DNA from: Octopus sinensis
Lineage: Eukaryota
Assembly: GCF_006345805.1 (NCBI RefSeq)
Contig: NC_043003.1
Location: 107,632,001 to 107,696,000, forward strand
Direction of reading: 5' to 3'
DNA: 64,000 nt
The position numbers were made by a program, and so were the translations under genes. How positions within the stretch are numbered: the first letter of the stretch is position 1; every line of letters starts with the position of its first letter. Of this stretch, positions 41,419-55,195 are shown in pieces. The notes under the pieces were generated by a model. It saw nothing but the letters and a program-made list of their open reading frames with translations, was not told the DNA's origin and did not search any database.

Positions 41419-42450
41419 GGCAACTGATACCAGAACAACTCATAACAGGTATAAAGTGATAAAGATTATTACTTTTATTAAAACAGTACACAGAACATAT
41501 GATGATGTGTATAAAACTCCGTCAAGCTAAAATAACCTCAGACACTACACACATACACACACAAACACACATATACACACCACATAGACATACACACATC
41601 ACACACACATGCACACACAAATACACACCACACACACACAGATACACACCACACACACGCATACACATACACACACACTACATACACATACACACACACA
41701 CGCACATACCTCAACTACATACCACATACACGTACACACATGCACCCATATGCACACATATCACACACACAAATACGCACACCACACACACACACACACA
41801 CAAATACACACCACTCATCACACACACGCACACACACAAATACACACCACATTTATGCACACTCATGCACACTCATGCACACACACGAAGCTGGAATCAC
41901 GCACACACACACCACACGCAAAATTTCTTTTATCACTTTGTATCTGTTATGAGTTATCCTATATATCAGTTGTCCTAGATATCGATTGACCAGATGTGAG
42001 TTGTCTGATATGAATTGACTGGGAATGAGTTGACCAGGTTTCAGTTGCCCAAGAACTGTTCGAGTTTACACGCCTGTAGGAAGAGTTGGTCCCGGGAGAA
42101 TATTCTCCTTTTAGACACGTGTACATGTGTAAAGACGTAAGATGGTTTGTGAACGATGTCAATGGATTGCAGCACGTATGTGTTTCTACGCTGTTCACAA
42201 TGTCAGCTACGAAAATCAAATTTGTCACTTACACACCAGTAAGAATGAAATTATTTTTTATTAAAACAGTACACAGAACGTATGATGATGTGTATAAAAC
42301 TCCGTCAAGCTAAAATTGAATAAATAATGCTAGATGAGGCAGCGTTCAATGAAATATGTTCATGTAAATTCATGTTCAACACGTTCGTGCATTGGTCGTG
42401 AGAAGACCTTTCGCTGTGGAATCGGTCCCGGGAGAAAATTCTCTTCTTGG
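41419..42450. mobile_element. Palindromic non-autonomous (MITE/foldback-like) element with internal (CA)-rich tract
   Basis: Imperfect inverted arms 41419-41464 and 41926-41975; 61-bp direct repeat at 41473 and 42256; ggtcccgggagaa..ttctc duplicated at ~42088 and ~42425. Confidence 0.45.
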
Positions 42451-42535
42451 ACATGTGGGCTGTGAATGCTTCGTGCGGCCTTAACCACCTACGTGCTGTT
42501 GGCGATTTCTTTTCCTTCTTTGGCTTCCCTTTTTC

Positions 42536-42570
42536 CTTTCCGACGAAGAGCTATGCTCGGAACGTCAAAC
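42536..42570 (+). ncRNA. Degenerate minimal hammerhead (same architecture as 27355)
   Basis: CUUU-C[C]GACGAA-GAGC(UAU)GCUC-G[G]AAC-GUC-AAA; two core substitutions. Confidence 0.4.
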
Positions 42571-42650
42571 TCTTATCACCGAGCGTCCTCTTGTTGCCTG
42601 TTAATTTTATTATTCATTACTTATTTGAATTGACTATATATATATATATG

Positions 42651-43537
42651 CGAAGTGTAGTCAAAAGGTATCCGACCTTTGGCCAAAAAACAAGTAGTGC
42701 TAAAAACTCACCATTTTGATTTAGTCTCCTTCAAAGTATTCGCCTTGGGAGTCTACGCACTTCTTCCAGCGTTCCTGCCACTGCTGAAAACATTTCTGCA
42801 AATCACTTTTTGTGATGCTGTGGAGCTATGCCGTCGAATTTTGCTTAACGTCCTCTGTTGACTCAAATCTTCTCCCATTGAGTGTTTTTGAGCTTTGGGA
42901 ATAGCCAAGAGTCATAGAGAGTCAAGTCTGGGGAGTCGGAAGCCCGACGAACAAGTTGTATGCTTGGCTTGATGAGGAATGCTTGGACGACGTGGGCGGC
43001 AGAATGAATGGGTGCGTTGCCATGGTGGAGCTGCCAGTTGTTTGCTCTTCACAGGTCGGGTCGTTTTCGCTGCACAGCTTCACGGAGGCGACGAAGAAGC
43101 CTCATGTAGTATTCTTTATTGATTATCTGACCTTGTGGTGCATGGTCATGGCTCACTGTCCACTGAGGTGCGGCCAACTTGAACCTGTTGTACCACTCCT
43201 TTATTTGTGCTTTCTCCGTAGCATCATCTCCAAAGACTTTCTGAATTTTCTCGATAGTCCGGGCTTGCGTATCACCAAGTCTTTGACAGAATTTGATACA
43301 GTATCTTTGCTCAATGCACTCGGCCATCTTGACTCAAAATGAAAAATTACACAGCGTGCTCTTCACGTCTGTACTCAATGCGTCACTGCGGGCGAATGGC
43401 GCAACCTACAGACACAGACATTTTTGCGCATGCCCAGGAAGGATGCAGCTACCTAGTAGACATGCGAATTTTGCCCACGCATTATTATTTTGTGCAAAAA
43501 AAAAAATCAAGGTCGGATACTTTTTGACTACACCTCG
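42651..43537 (-). mobile_element. Mariner, internally deleted, both TIRs present
   Basis: TIRs cga(a/g)gtgtagtcaaaa(g/a)gtatccgacctt at both ends; MAECIEQRYCIKFC..|..EYYMRLLRRLREAVQRKRPDL. Confidence 0.9.
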
Positions 43538-43593
43538 TATATATATATGTATATATATATATATATATGTATGTATGTGTGTGTGTAAGTATT

Positions 43594-43641
<48 letters not shown>

Positions 43642-43673
43642 GGTATGTATATATATATACACACTTGTATGTA

Positions 43674-44527
43674 TATTGGGTCATCCCATAATATTATGGC
43701 TTTTTCAATTGCATGAACTAAAAGCCGGAGGGATAGACTACCTACATCAACTTGATATAAAAGCAGTTTAGTGCAAGTTTTGAAGAGTGCAGCTCGATTT
43801 TAATAAGTTAATTTTTTCAAAGCTATAAGCATATTTTAGTTTATCAGTTCAATAAAGGCAACAACGCAACGGAAAGTGCGAGGAATATAAACGCAGTATA
43901 TGGGATCGGACAATAAGCGTAAGCTAGTGTCAACAGTGGTTCCAGAAATTCCGAAACGGAAACTACAGCCTAGAAAACGAGCCTCGTCCTGAAAGATCGG
44001 TAGCGCACTACGAGGACGCCCTGCAAATCTTGGTGGAAAATATCCCATCGTAACTGTTGAGGAACTAACAGAGAAGCTTGGATTTGATCATTCAAACAGT
44101 CATTCAAGTCAGCGCTAGAAGCAAAATGACCATCTTTGGTTTCAAGACGAAAGGTGTTTTTCCATCAGGATAATGCTCGGCCACATACAGCGAGGGAGAC
44201 ATTCCAAAGGCTGGAGCAGTTTGAATGGGAAACGATATTCGCCGGACATTATCCCATCTGATTATTATTTATTCCGCAGTCTTCAAAATCATTTGGACGG
44301 AAAAAATATGAATTCTGCAGATGAGGTCAGAATAGTGCTGGAGGATTATTTTTCGTCACGGACAGTTGACTTTTGGAAGAGAGGCCTTGCAAGTCTACCA
44401 GATAGATGGAAGTGTATTGTAGTAAATGAAGTAGAGTATATTTTAGATTAAAAAGAACTTTGTTTATTTGAATTTTGAAAAATAAAAGAAATGTGAAAAC
44501 CCGCATTATATATGGAATGACCCAATA
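43674..44527 (+). mobile_element. Mariner, internally deleted, both TIRs present
   Basis: TIR tattgggtcatcccata / tatggaatgacccaata with TA flanks; HQDNARPHT..YSPDIIPSDYYLF. Confidence 0.9.
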
Positions 44528-44533
44528 TATATA

Positions 44534-45802
44534 CGAGGGGCGTTCAATAAGTAATGCCCCTGACCCACTTGCAGTTGTTTGATCTAGCTGAAATTTTGCA
44601 TATGCACTTATTTATACCTCTATAGATTAAGTGGCGAATTACAGCTCTGATTAATTGTGGTTTCTGATTTACAGGTGTTTGAACTGAGTCAAGTGTGAAA
44701 TGGAGCCTGTTGAGTGTCGAGCAGTGATCTGGTTTTTGTATTTGAAAGGACGCACACCACGGGAGACTTTTGATGAAATGAAAGTAACTTATGGTGATGA
44801 TGCCCCATCATATGACCTTGTAAAACGCTGGCATTGTGAATTCAAACATAGTCGGAACTCTGTGGAAACAGCTCCCAGATCTGGTCGCCCCCTTCTGCCG
44901 TTGATGAGACGTCTGTCCGTCAAGTTGAGGCTGCCATTTTGGAAGGTCAACGCATAACTATTCGCCAAATAGCCCATAAGGTCAAGATTAGTACCGGGTC
45001 TGTGGAAATTATCATTCATGACCATTTGCATATGCAAAAGGTGTCTGCCAGATGGATTTTCAGGCTGCTCACACCTTTCCAGAAGCAAGAACGCGTTGAG
45101 TGCTCGAGGATGAATTTGGAGATGTGCCAAGAAGATGAGTCAAAATTTTTCAAAAGACTGATCACACAGGATAAAACCTGGGTCCATCACTATGATCCAT
45201 AGACCAAAGCCCAGTCAATGCAGTGAAAGCACCGTGACTCACCTCCTCCAAAGAAGGCAAGGGTGCAGCCCTCCGCTGACAAGGCTATGCTCACAGTCTT
45301 CTGGGACCAGGACGGAGTAGTGATGACAGATTTCCTGGCAAAGGGTACCACAATTACAGGAGCCTATTATGCTTCACTTTTGAGGAAATTAAGAGAAGCT
45401 ATCAAAATCAAGAGGCGGGGCAAGATCAGCAAAGGCCTCCTCCTCCTGCAGGACAACGCTCCGGTCCACAACTCGCGTGTCGCCAGATCAGAAGTACAGG
45501 CGTGCAGCTATGAACTCCTCCCCTTGCACCCTCTGATTTTCACCTCTTCCCAGCCATGAAGTTGATTTTGAAAGGAAAGCGTTTCCCATATGATGCAGCC
45601 TTGATTTCTGAAGTCACGTCGTGGTTGGAGGACCAAGCTGGGGTCTTCTACAAAAACGGTCTCCAGAGCTGTATCAAACGATGGGAGAAATGCATAACTC
45701 TGGGTGGTTCCTATGTAGGAAAAGACTAATAACTGTGCCAAGTGTCGTTGCTCTACTGCTATGGGAAGTGGGTCAGGGGCATTACTTATTGAACGCCCCT
45801 CG
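44534..45802 (+). mobile_element. Full-length mariner (irritans-like, DD34D), frameshifted transposase
   Basis: Perfect 37-bp TIRs cgaggggcgttcaataagtaatgcccctgacccactt with TA TSD; MEPVECRAVI..RSGRP..ITQDKTWVHHYDP..QDNAPVHN.. Confidence 0.95.
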
Positions 45803-46024
45803 TACGTAAAAATAAGCATATTTAACAACGAATATAGTTCTTTATATATCTTTACAACTGTTTCAAATGTTCATTACGCCAGTGTTACAGCAACTATGTA
45901 ATAATGTTATTATGCAAACAAGTGTATACACTGATACAATATATCACATCAAAAAAGTAGAAATTGTATATATCTATATAAATACATGTATGTGAATTTG
46001 TATGTGTGTTTATAGGATATATAC

Positions 46025-46153
46025 CTGATCGTTGGAGAGCAGCAGTTGGCTTCGTTCCACCAGTCTTCAATAAATCACATTGGGTGTCAATGCTAACAGG
46101 CTGATCACGTGGAATCAGTTCAGGACTGAGGATATGGAAGCCTTGTCTCATAC
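46025..46153 (-). CDS. Host gene exon B (phase 1 to 1): xMRQGFHILSPELIPRDQPVSIDTQCDLLKTGGTKPTAALQRS
   Basis: Acceptor tttttctttgtctttattttgcag, donor CAG|gtatat; 129 bp; only one frame is open. Confidence 0.78.
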
Positions 46154-47159
46154 CTGCAAAATAAAGACAAAGAAAAACGTTGTATATTCTAGAAGATAAA
46201 TCTTCACTCAAGATGCGCTACCGGACGAAACTCATATCTGGCTTCCAGAAATTCGGAAGTACTGTGCAGTATCGTGCAATATACTGTACTCTGCAAACAG
46301 AGTAAACAGACCTCGTTTTTGAAATTGATTAATTTGCATGTGGCGCATTAAGACTAGTTTTCTGCTTTGCTTTTTTTTATGTAGATTGATAAAGATTTAT
46401 CATATTCTACTTTAATGGTGAATTAATTTGTACTTGTGCCAATTAAATATATTCATGTTCTTTACTTTTCTTTGTTTAATTTTCATCCGATAAACATTAT
46501 ACGGAATACATGGTACGGTATGTTATATTCTAAGAATTTTAAGGGGATTAATAAATATCAAACAAACCCTACTTTAGAAATGTATTAATTTGAATATGTT
46601 TAAATTCAATTTAGTTTCTTACTTTTCATACTTTATTTTATATTTTAAGCATATATTCAGGTTGACTCTAGAAAACCGAAAAATCCAGAAATCCAGGTCA
46701 CTTCCGGCCCCTAACTTGCCAGATATTTGGCCCAGTACTGTATTTAGAAAAATTCTTTAATGACGTGAGTTGTATCGAACCTACTTCAAAAGTGAAGCAT
46801 AACTTTTTATTAACTGACTTTGGTCGTTCAAATTGCACACAGTTGAATAATTCTTCCTCTTCAGTGATTCTTCTTCCTGTTCTTTCTCGTAGAAAAATAT
46901 AATTGGTTTTCGAATAGAAGCAACGTATCATCATTGAGTTGTAGACAAAGGAGAGGTGCAGGCTGTGTATAATCCACTGTAAGTTACAGGTAGTTAACGA
47001 AAATGACACCATTCACAAAGTAATGTGTACAAAAAGATGAAGAACTTTAAATAAGAGGAAATCAGCATTGAAGATTAAAATTAAAACCTTGCAGTGGAAG
47101 ACCATCCACTTCTTGCCCTAAATATGGACTCTAGTTGCCTATCTATTTGGGTTACTCAC

Positions 47160-47179
47160 GGGCCGTTAATTTATTAAAC
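47160..47179 (-). CDS. Candidate 20-nt micro-exon (phase 2 to 1): (R)FNKLTA(R)
   Basis: Acceptor ccatttctttccctaaatatag, donor C|gtgagt; bridges the phases of exons A and B. Other phase-compatible micro-exon candidates exist. Confidence 0.3.
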
Positions 47180-47454
47180 CTATATTTAGGGAAAGAAATG
47201 GATAGACCCCCTTTTATATTTACAATACCTTCTTGAGGAAGAGTCGATTTTTTTTCTAACGTTTCCTGATAATAATAACCGTTTCTAACAGGAATAAGAT
47301 CAAACGTTTTGGAAGAAAATTACATTAACCTCAGAGTATCACTGGTATTTGATTGAATCGATTTAGGAAGGGTGTAAGGCAAAATTGACTTTGGAGAGCT
47401 GTGAACTCAGAACTAAAAAGATGGGAAGAAATATTGCTTTTAAATTTTGTACAC

Positions 47455-47650
47455 GGCTAACAATTTCGGAGGAGGGATAGGTCGATTAGATCGACCCCCC
47501 CCCAGTAATCAGTTGCTACTTATTTTATCGACCTCGAAAGGGTGAAAGGTAAAGTCGACCTCGACGGAATTTGAATTCAGAACATAAAAAAGGACCAAAT
47601 GCCGTTAAGCATTTTACCTGACGCTCCAATGATTCTGTCAAAGCACCGCC
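47455..47650 (-). mobile_element. SINE family A
   Basis: ttatcgacctcgaaagggtgaaaggtaaagtcgacctcgacggaatttgaattcag. Confidence 0.82.
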
Positions 47651-47688
47651 CACGTATTCTGTATAATAATAGCTTTCCTATTATTATA

Positions 47689-48383
47689 CGAGGGGAAATA
47701 AAAATTATCCACACCTTCACCATAACATATCTTTATTATTGTTACACTGCTTTCTGCGCACACGCGTTTATAGTTGGTACTATTGGGTCACGCGATCGAA
47801 GTTTGAGCCTGATCGAACCATCTTTCTTTTTGGCTTTTTGGCTTTGCAGTGTAAGCATGGCCGCTCCACTAGCAATGTTCACCAAAGAAGAACAAAGAGC
47901 AGTGATCCGATTTCTCTGGAAAAGGTGTGAATGATCAACAGTGCAAGATACAATTCTTTGCTGGCCAACAAACTGAAGCCAGCAATTCGCACCAAACGCC
48001 GAAGCCTATTGTCGAAGAAAGTTTTGTTGTTGCATGACAATGCCCGCCCACACACGACCGCTCAGACGTTGAAATCATTAACCAGTTGGATTTTGAGGTG
48101 CTGGAACACCTTGCCTACAGCCCATATCTCGCCCCTTCCGACTATCATATCGTTGGACCGCTCAAAGATAGTTTACAAGGTTGTCGATTTCCTACGGATG
48201 AAAATGTGAAGGAAGTGGTGTATAAATGGTTGCACGACTAACTGAAAACCTTCTTGTGGAGCGCTGGACCAAGTGCTTCGAAAAAGAAGGAGAATATATA
48301 GAAAAATGACGTACTTGTTTATCTCCTGCTTTTGTGCAAATTCATTGAAAAAACGAGTGCATATAATTTTTGACTCTCCCTCG
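47689..48383 (+). mobile_element. Mariner, internally deleted non-autonomous copy
   Basis: Imperfect TIRs cgagggg/cgagggag..aaaaattat with TA flanks; MAAPLAMFTKEEQRAVIRFLW joined directly to ..LLHDNARPHT.. Confidence 0.88.
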
Positions 48384-49475
48384 TACATTGGTGTCTGTCA
48401 CTTATTTTTAGCTCACTTTGTATTGAAAATTAAGAAAGACCTATTATACATGCAGTTCTTACAATGTCGATTTGTACTTTTTCATAATCCTTATGTCAAG
48501 CTGAAAGCTAAGGGTTTTTATTTTCAGGGACAGGATGTAGTGCTAGTGACCATATGAACCTGTTAATGTTGTGAATGAAATACTAGCTCTTTTTACTGTA
48601 GACTTTATTGCGAAATCTAAAGAAAACCCAGTTAAACTGGCAGATGGCAAAATAAGTGATTAATCCTAACAGCAAGAAAATACATTTGTAAACTCAGGAG
48701 ATATTTATAGCAAATCAGAATATGCTTTACTAAAGAAATAGAATTTCATGAAGTAAATATATCTGCTGATGCAAAATTGCCCAACTGCTATATGAGATAA
48801 ACTTTTACAAGTATTTCTTTTTGGATATAATCGTATTTTACTAGAATAACCGCCGGCCATTTTGTTATATTAAAATAATTATTTGCCCTGGCACAGTAAA
48901 CTTCATGAGATATTTTCAGTAAAAATCAATATTTGTTCTGTTCAAAACTCAACAATTTTATCGCTTATGTTATCAAAGGATGTTATTTTTTTTTAAAAAT
49001 ACGTTTTCAATATACAACCATATGAAGATTAAATGGACCGCCGCCCCAAATTCTATTACATACATAAATAAGTGCTCGCATATAATGCTGATCAGCTATT
49101 TGTTTCCCACAAAGATAAAATAAAATCAGACATCAAATGTCTGAATTTTTTTGCTTCATTTAACGTAATCAGTGGGACTCATCGATGGATGATTAGTCCT
49201 TTTGACTTACAGAGATCATTTGATACTCCTCACACGTAATCTCAATTTACTGAGAAACACAAGTGAAAAGTGAAATAAACAAATAATATTACACAGATAA
49301 CTAGAGATAACTTTGAACTTGTTCTGTTTTTCCCCATGTGAAGCCAATTGATTTATATATCAATCAATCCCCAGCTAAGTGCATCTTTACTACAAAACCA
49401 ACACAGTCCTCTTCATAGAAACATCCATCTCCTAGTTCGAGAACCACTTATTTGAGAGTTAAGAGTATATAAATA

Positions 49476-49690
49476 TTGGTTTTAAATTTTGTTACAAGGT
49501 TAGCAATTGTAGGGGGAGGAGTAAGTCGATTGCATGGCCCCAGTGCTCAACTGATATTTATTTTATCGACTCCCTAAAAGATGAAAGGCGAAGTCGGCCT
49601 CGGCGGAATTTGAGCTCAGAATACGAAGACGGGCGAAATGCCTCTAAGCATTCTACCCGGCGTGCTAACGACTATGCTAGCTCGCCGCCT
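49476..49690 (-). mobile_element. SINE family A
   Basis: Core aaagtcggcctcggcggaatttgagctcag and head ctagctcgccgcc. Confidence 0.85.
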
Positions 49691-50211
49691 TAAGAATATA
49701 TAAACATTGACATGTTTAAGTTTTCCTGGGGTTATTAAAAGATAGGTGATGCATTATCGATTTACCAACTCGCTACACCAGTAGATTGTCTCCACTCTTC
49801 AGAGTTTGCATGTTCGCATAACTTAGCATTAAAAATAACGAAAAATTGTGCAAATGGACGCCATTTCGACGGGGAGTCACAGCTTACTATCTTAAACATA
49901 TGGTATATTGTTGTTCAGGATGCCTCTGCGTAAGCTCTGTTTAAGCAAAACTATGATCAAAGTATTCAATCAAAGTCATTCCATCATCTTTTCAGGCAAT
50001 GTATCCAGGAATACATCATCCACTCTCTCCCACTCCTTTTTAAAAACGACAAAGAAATTTGACTACTATTTTTGTAGGTCAAACAACCACATAGAGCAAG
50101 TTTTATCGGGTCATATGACTCGATGTACACCGGACGCGTTATCATCTTCCTGATTCCTCCTTTTTATGTCATTCCTACACATCTTTCTCATCAATTGTCT
50201 CTGCTTCTAAG

Positions 50212-50345
50212 TTGGCGAGCTGGCAGAATCGTTAGCATGCCGGGCAAAATGCTTAGCGACATTTCGTCCTTCTTTACGTTCTAAGTTCAAATTTCGCTGA
50301 GGTCGGCTTTGTCTTCCAAGTCTTGTGCCAGAATTTGAAACCAAT
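50212..50345 (+). mobile_element. SINE family A, internally deleted
   Basis: ggcgagctggcagaatcgttagc..gttcaaatttcgctgaggtcggcttt. Confidence 0.8.
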
Positions 50346-50654
50346 ATTTTCTGCTTCTACTCTTTTTTTTTTTTCATCTTCTGCTTTTCCACATTTTTTT
50401 CAGCAGCACACATAAGATAATGCCTGAAGATGTTACTGTCCAAAGTGCTGTGCAAATAAAGCATATAAAATAAAACACACACGCGCACGCACACATACAC
50501 ACACACACACACATACACACACACAGAAAATGTAATCAATTGAATAATTAATGATTTATTGCTGGGTCATATACGTAGCTTTTCTTCTGTGAATTGCAAG
50601 AAATCATATAAAACACGACACACCACACACGCATACACACACACATACACACAC

Positions 50655-50731
<77 letters not shown>

Positions 50732-51069
50732 TCACTATTATATCGAACCAGTGTATTTTCGGGTTTGTTGTTGCTGTTTCGGGAATAGGAAAAACCCAAA
50801 CACAACACTCCGTCTTTGTTCGGGCGATACACTTTCTTTCTGTCGGTTAGAAAAAAAACACAAAAATAAAATATAATAAAAACTGAAAATAAAATGTTTG
50901 ATTAGAAAGCATCAGAGAAAGAGAGGTAGAGGGAAGGGGGAGAGAGAAGAGAGAGAAAATGTTTATTGGCAAATATATTATTGAAGACAAAAAGACATAC
51001 AATAAAGCGTTATTCTCTATATCTTTGTCAATGTATAATATATACGTATATATGTACACTTTGTGTACA

Positions 51070-51450
51070 TACATGCATGTATATATATATATATACATAT
51101 ATGTATATATATACATCAATACACGCAGATACAAACATACATACAAACATACATACATACATACATACATACATACATACATACATACATACACACGTAC
51201 ATACGTACATACGTATATACATATATACATACATACACACACATACATACACACATACATACATACATACATACATACATACATACATACACACGTACAT
51301 ACGTACATACGTATATACATATATACATACATACACACACATACATACACACATACATACATACATACATACATACATACATACATACATACATACATAC
51401 GTACATACATACATACATATATACATACATACATACATACATATATACAT
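51070..51450. repeat. (TACA)n-based cryptic microsatellite with an internal ~100-bp duplication
   Basis: Direct reading; cacacgtacatacgtacatacgtatatac occurs twice. Confidence 0.93.
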
Positions 51451-51713
51451 ACACGAATATCGAAGGCAAAGGATAAACTGTGAGATCTAATGTTGAGATC
51501 GATAACGTTGTATCCGAGAAATACCTCCAAAGCAGTTAATACTAGTGCAGCATTGAATAGAGAGGAGACACAGAGCAGAAAGGATGAGACGGTAGAAGTG
51601 CAACGTTAGACTGGTGCATTTTAATTCAATGAGAGTTAAGTATATGTGAAAATAATAGTACACACGTTTCAAATAACCGAGCAAACAAACGATACAAGCA
51701 TATGTATGCATGT

Positions 51714-51745
<32 letters not shown>

Positions 51746-52096
51746 GTCTATCTATCTGTCAATGGATAAAACCACACAAACGAGTTAAGATTATGAGACA
51801 AGGATGAGGCAAAGTAGCAAATGAGATATGAAACCAGAGAAGCAAAACACGTGGCAGAAATAATGCGAAGAAGTATAAAACTAAACAACATAGCGAGAGT
51901 GAGTCCAATGAAAATAAATATGTCAAATAGGAGGATCTAACGCTTCTGGTAGTATCATTTCTCAAAGAGAAGGAAAATGTATAAGAGAAATACAAGAAAA
52001 ACAGAAACGAAAATGAATTCACGATGCCTGTTTACACGGCAGATGCATACATACATACATACATACATACATACATACATACATACATACATACAG

Positions 52097-52462
52097 CTAC
52101 TGTATCCAGATTCAGGTTTATACCTCTAATTATCAGGGCACTGGGATATATAACACACTGCCTAAATACCAATCTTGGGAAATTAGGCTTCTCAAAACCA
52201 GAAAGGAGAAAGCTGATTCGAAGACTACTGATCCAAGCCATCAATGGAACTGTAAAAATCTGTGAAACTTTTCAGCAGTTTATCATTGAAGTATATATGA
52301 GCATACAACTATATGCATGAAGATACGTACATAAAAGAAAACATACAAATCTGCACTTATACATTCATACAAAAATACCCCGTTGATGTTGTTGAAATTA
52401 AGGAACCTTAGATCTAGGTGAGAAACCGGCTCTTTCTCTATTGGCAAGAAATCTTGAAATGA
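52097..52462 (+). mobile_element. 3' fragment of second RLE-type (R4-like) LINE
   Basis: FIPLIIRALGYITHCLNTNLGKLGFSKPERRKLIRRLLIQAINGTVKICETFQQFII plus 3' UTR. Confidence 0.8.
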
Positions 52463-52899
52463 AACTAACGACATACACATGCGCGCACACACACATACAC
52501 ATGCACACATGCACACACACACGCACAAACGCACACACATACACAAACAGGCGTGTATATAAAAACATACATGTAGAAACACACAAACATACAAACTCAC
52601 ACTGATATTGTCTTAGTCCCTCATGGATTCGCTTATATATTGGTCGTGGTCAGTTGGATAGGAAACTGGAAATTATCAATAGGAAACGATATGATGTTCT
52701 CATGAATGGTAGTAATTATGACTGAACTGAAATAGTTAAGTTCAAGTCCTGCTGGTAAATTTTACGCTAAAACTCGTGTTCTTCATCTGTCGTTGAAGGT
52801 CCTAGTTGCCTGCCCTCCTGCAACAGCGATGACTGTGGCTCATATTTCTCCAGTATAGGATGTTTGATAAGATCCAATCCTTGCGCTATTATTGAATGG

Positions 52900-53190
52900 A
52901 GGACAGGTTGTTGCCCACGCAACGTATTCCCTCTCTCCATGTCATTGATGGACCTAAAGGAGCAGCACGGCCGTTATAATGTGGCACCAGCATCATCGCA
53001 GGAGTTGTCGGGATGAGATTTTATATAACGTCGAACTGCCTCAGGGGCTCCGTCTCCTGATTTTTCCTCAGGGTTTACTCTCGAAGCCATCTCCATGGCA
53101 GTAAGGTAGCGAAGGTTTGGAATCAGAGTTTTCCTTCCTCTAAATGGGTTACCCCAGGCTAACGAGTTTCATCTACCCGACTGACTTGCT
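52900..53190 (+). mobile_element. Probable RTE LINE 5' UTR fragment
   Basis: ctcagggtttactctcgaagcc..cagagttttccttcctctaaatggg..ccaggctaacgagtttcatctaccc resembles RTE 5' ends as recalled; not verified. Confidence 0.4.
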
Positions 53191-54087
53191 AATTTACCTA
53201 TAGCTGAAGCCCGACCAAATGCTACACCTTCGAGTCACAAGAACAATAAGGGTTAAATGGTGGTTCCACATTCCTCAGAATCCTGGAACTCCCAAACCAG
53301 AGTCCCCTACTACTTGATGCAATTTGAAATCACCCTCAATAGCTACGTTAATGCAAAAATTATTTATTTCACGTGAGAAGCGTTAAACCGAATAATCGGA
53401 TTTGTAGAGGATTTCGTGGTTAAGATAATTTATATTGAATGTTAAAGTTTTAAAAATAGTTGTTTTATTTTATTCTTACGATACTATCGTGCGTTGAAGC
53501 TGTAAGTGTGTTATAGAATACAAAAGATTTCTGATCAGAAGCGGTCACAAAATGTGTGACGAAAAATTTAATGTAAATTTATTGAAATTCGGATTATGTT
53601 GGTATTTGTATTATTATTGAATGTTCTGCTATGTACTAAAAACTCTCCACATTTGTCGATTTAACACACGGTATCATAAATAATGAATTAAAACTACATG
53701 ATATGATGTGAAATTTCTACCTGTATAAAATACAAGATTCGTTGTTGACAAGAACTTAACAAACTAGAAATCAGATTTATAAGATTTATAAAAACAACTC
53801 AAAATATCTATTTTATTTTTATATGATCCCAAAAGAAAAACGAGACAAAAGCTTTCTTGCATACACACTCATGCAGCAAGAACAACAACGAAGATGACGA
53901 CGATAACAACACGCAAAGATTCTTGGCAGCATTAACCAATAAGGAAGCAAAAGAGAAGATGTAGACCGGTTGTAATAAATAATTGTTTCAGAAAAGGTCA
54001 AAGAATGGGTGAGGAAAAATTTAATGAAAATATATTAACGTATTTCTAATTATAATTGTATTATTCGTGGATGTATGCACCAAAACA

Positions 54088-54945
54088 ATACATACATACA
54101 TACATACATACATACATACATACATACATACATACATACATACATACATGCATACATACATACATACATGCATACATACATACATACATACATACATGCA
54201 TACATACATACATACATACATGCATACATACATACATACATAACATACATGCATACATACATGCATACATACATACATACATACATACATACATACATAC
54301 ATACATACATACATGCATACATACATACATACATGCATACATACATACATACATACATACATACATGCATACATACATACATACATACATACATACATAC
54401 ATGCATACATACATACATGCATACATACATACATACATACATGCATACATACATACATACATGCATACATACATACATACATACATACATACATGCATAC
54501 ATACATACATACATACATACATACATACATACATGCATACATACATACATACATACATACATACATACATACATACATGCATACATACATACATACATAC
54601 ATACATACATGCATACATACATACATGCATACACATACATACATACATACATGCATACATACATACATACATGCATACATACATACATACATACATACAT
54701 ACATGCATACATACATACATACATACATACATACATACATACATGCATACATACATACATACATACATACATACATACATACATACATGCATACATACAT
54801 ACATACATACATACATACATACATACATGCATACATACATACATGCATACATACATACATACATACATGCATACATACATACATACATACATGCATACAT
54901 ACATACATACATACATACATACATGCATACATACATACATACACA
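54088..54945. repeat. ~860-bp (CATA)n array interspersed with CATG variants
   Basis: Direct reading; explains the ~300-aa spurious ORFs. Confidence 0.97.
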
Positions 54946-54957
54946 CACAGTATATAT

Positions 54958-55195
54958 AGACGCAGGCGTAGCTATGTGATAAGAAGCTTGCTTTTCAACC
55001 ACAGGATTCTGGATTCAACCCCACTGCGTGATGCCTTGCGAAAGTTCTACTGTAGCCTCGGCCCGACCAAAGCCTTGTGAGTGGATTTGGTAGACGGAAA
55101 GACGCGCCTCGTATATATGCATATATACATCTATGTGTGCGTGTGTGTGTGTGTGTCTTTGTGTCTGTGTTTGTCCCCCACCACCGCTTGACAAC
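54958..55195 (+). mobile_element. SINE family B 5' half
   Basis: gacgcaggcgtagctatgtgataagaagcttgc..ggattcaaccccactgcg. Confidence 0.85.

Noticed and set aside
46698-47012. 104-aa minus-strand ORF near exon B
   Set aside because: No phase-compatible acceptor or donor, and no recognisable domain.
49211-49249. Exon-like segment with strong acceptor and GTAAGT donor (minus)
   Set aside because: Stops in all three frames.
49775-49805. CUGAAGA followed by a 5-bp hairpin on the minus strand
   Set aside because: No GAAA after stem II.
54021-55080. Many long ORFs (MYVC.., HTYI.., YIYI..), here and at 31390-32136 and 50847-51530
   Set aside because: Translations of stop-free microsatellites; no coding signal.
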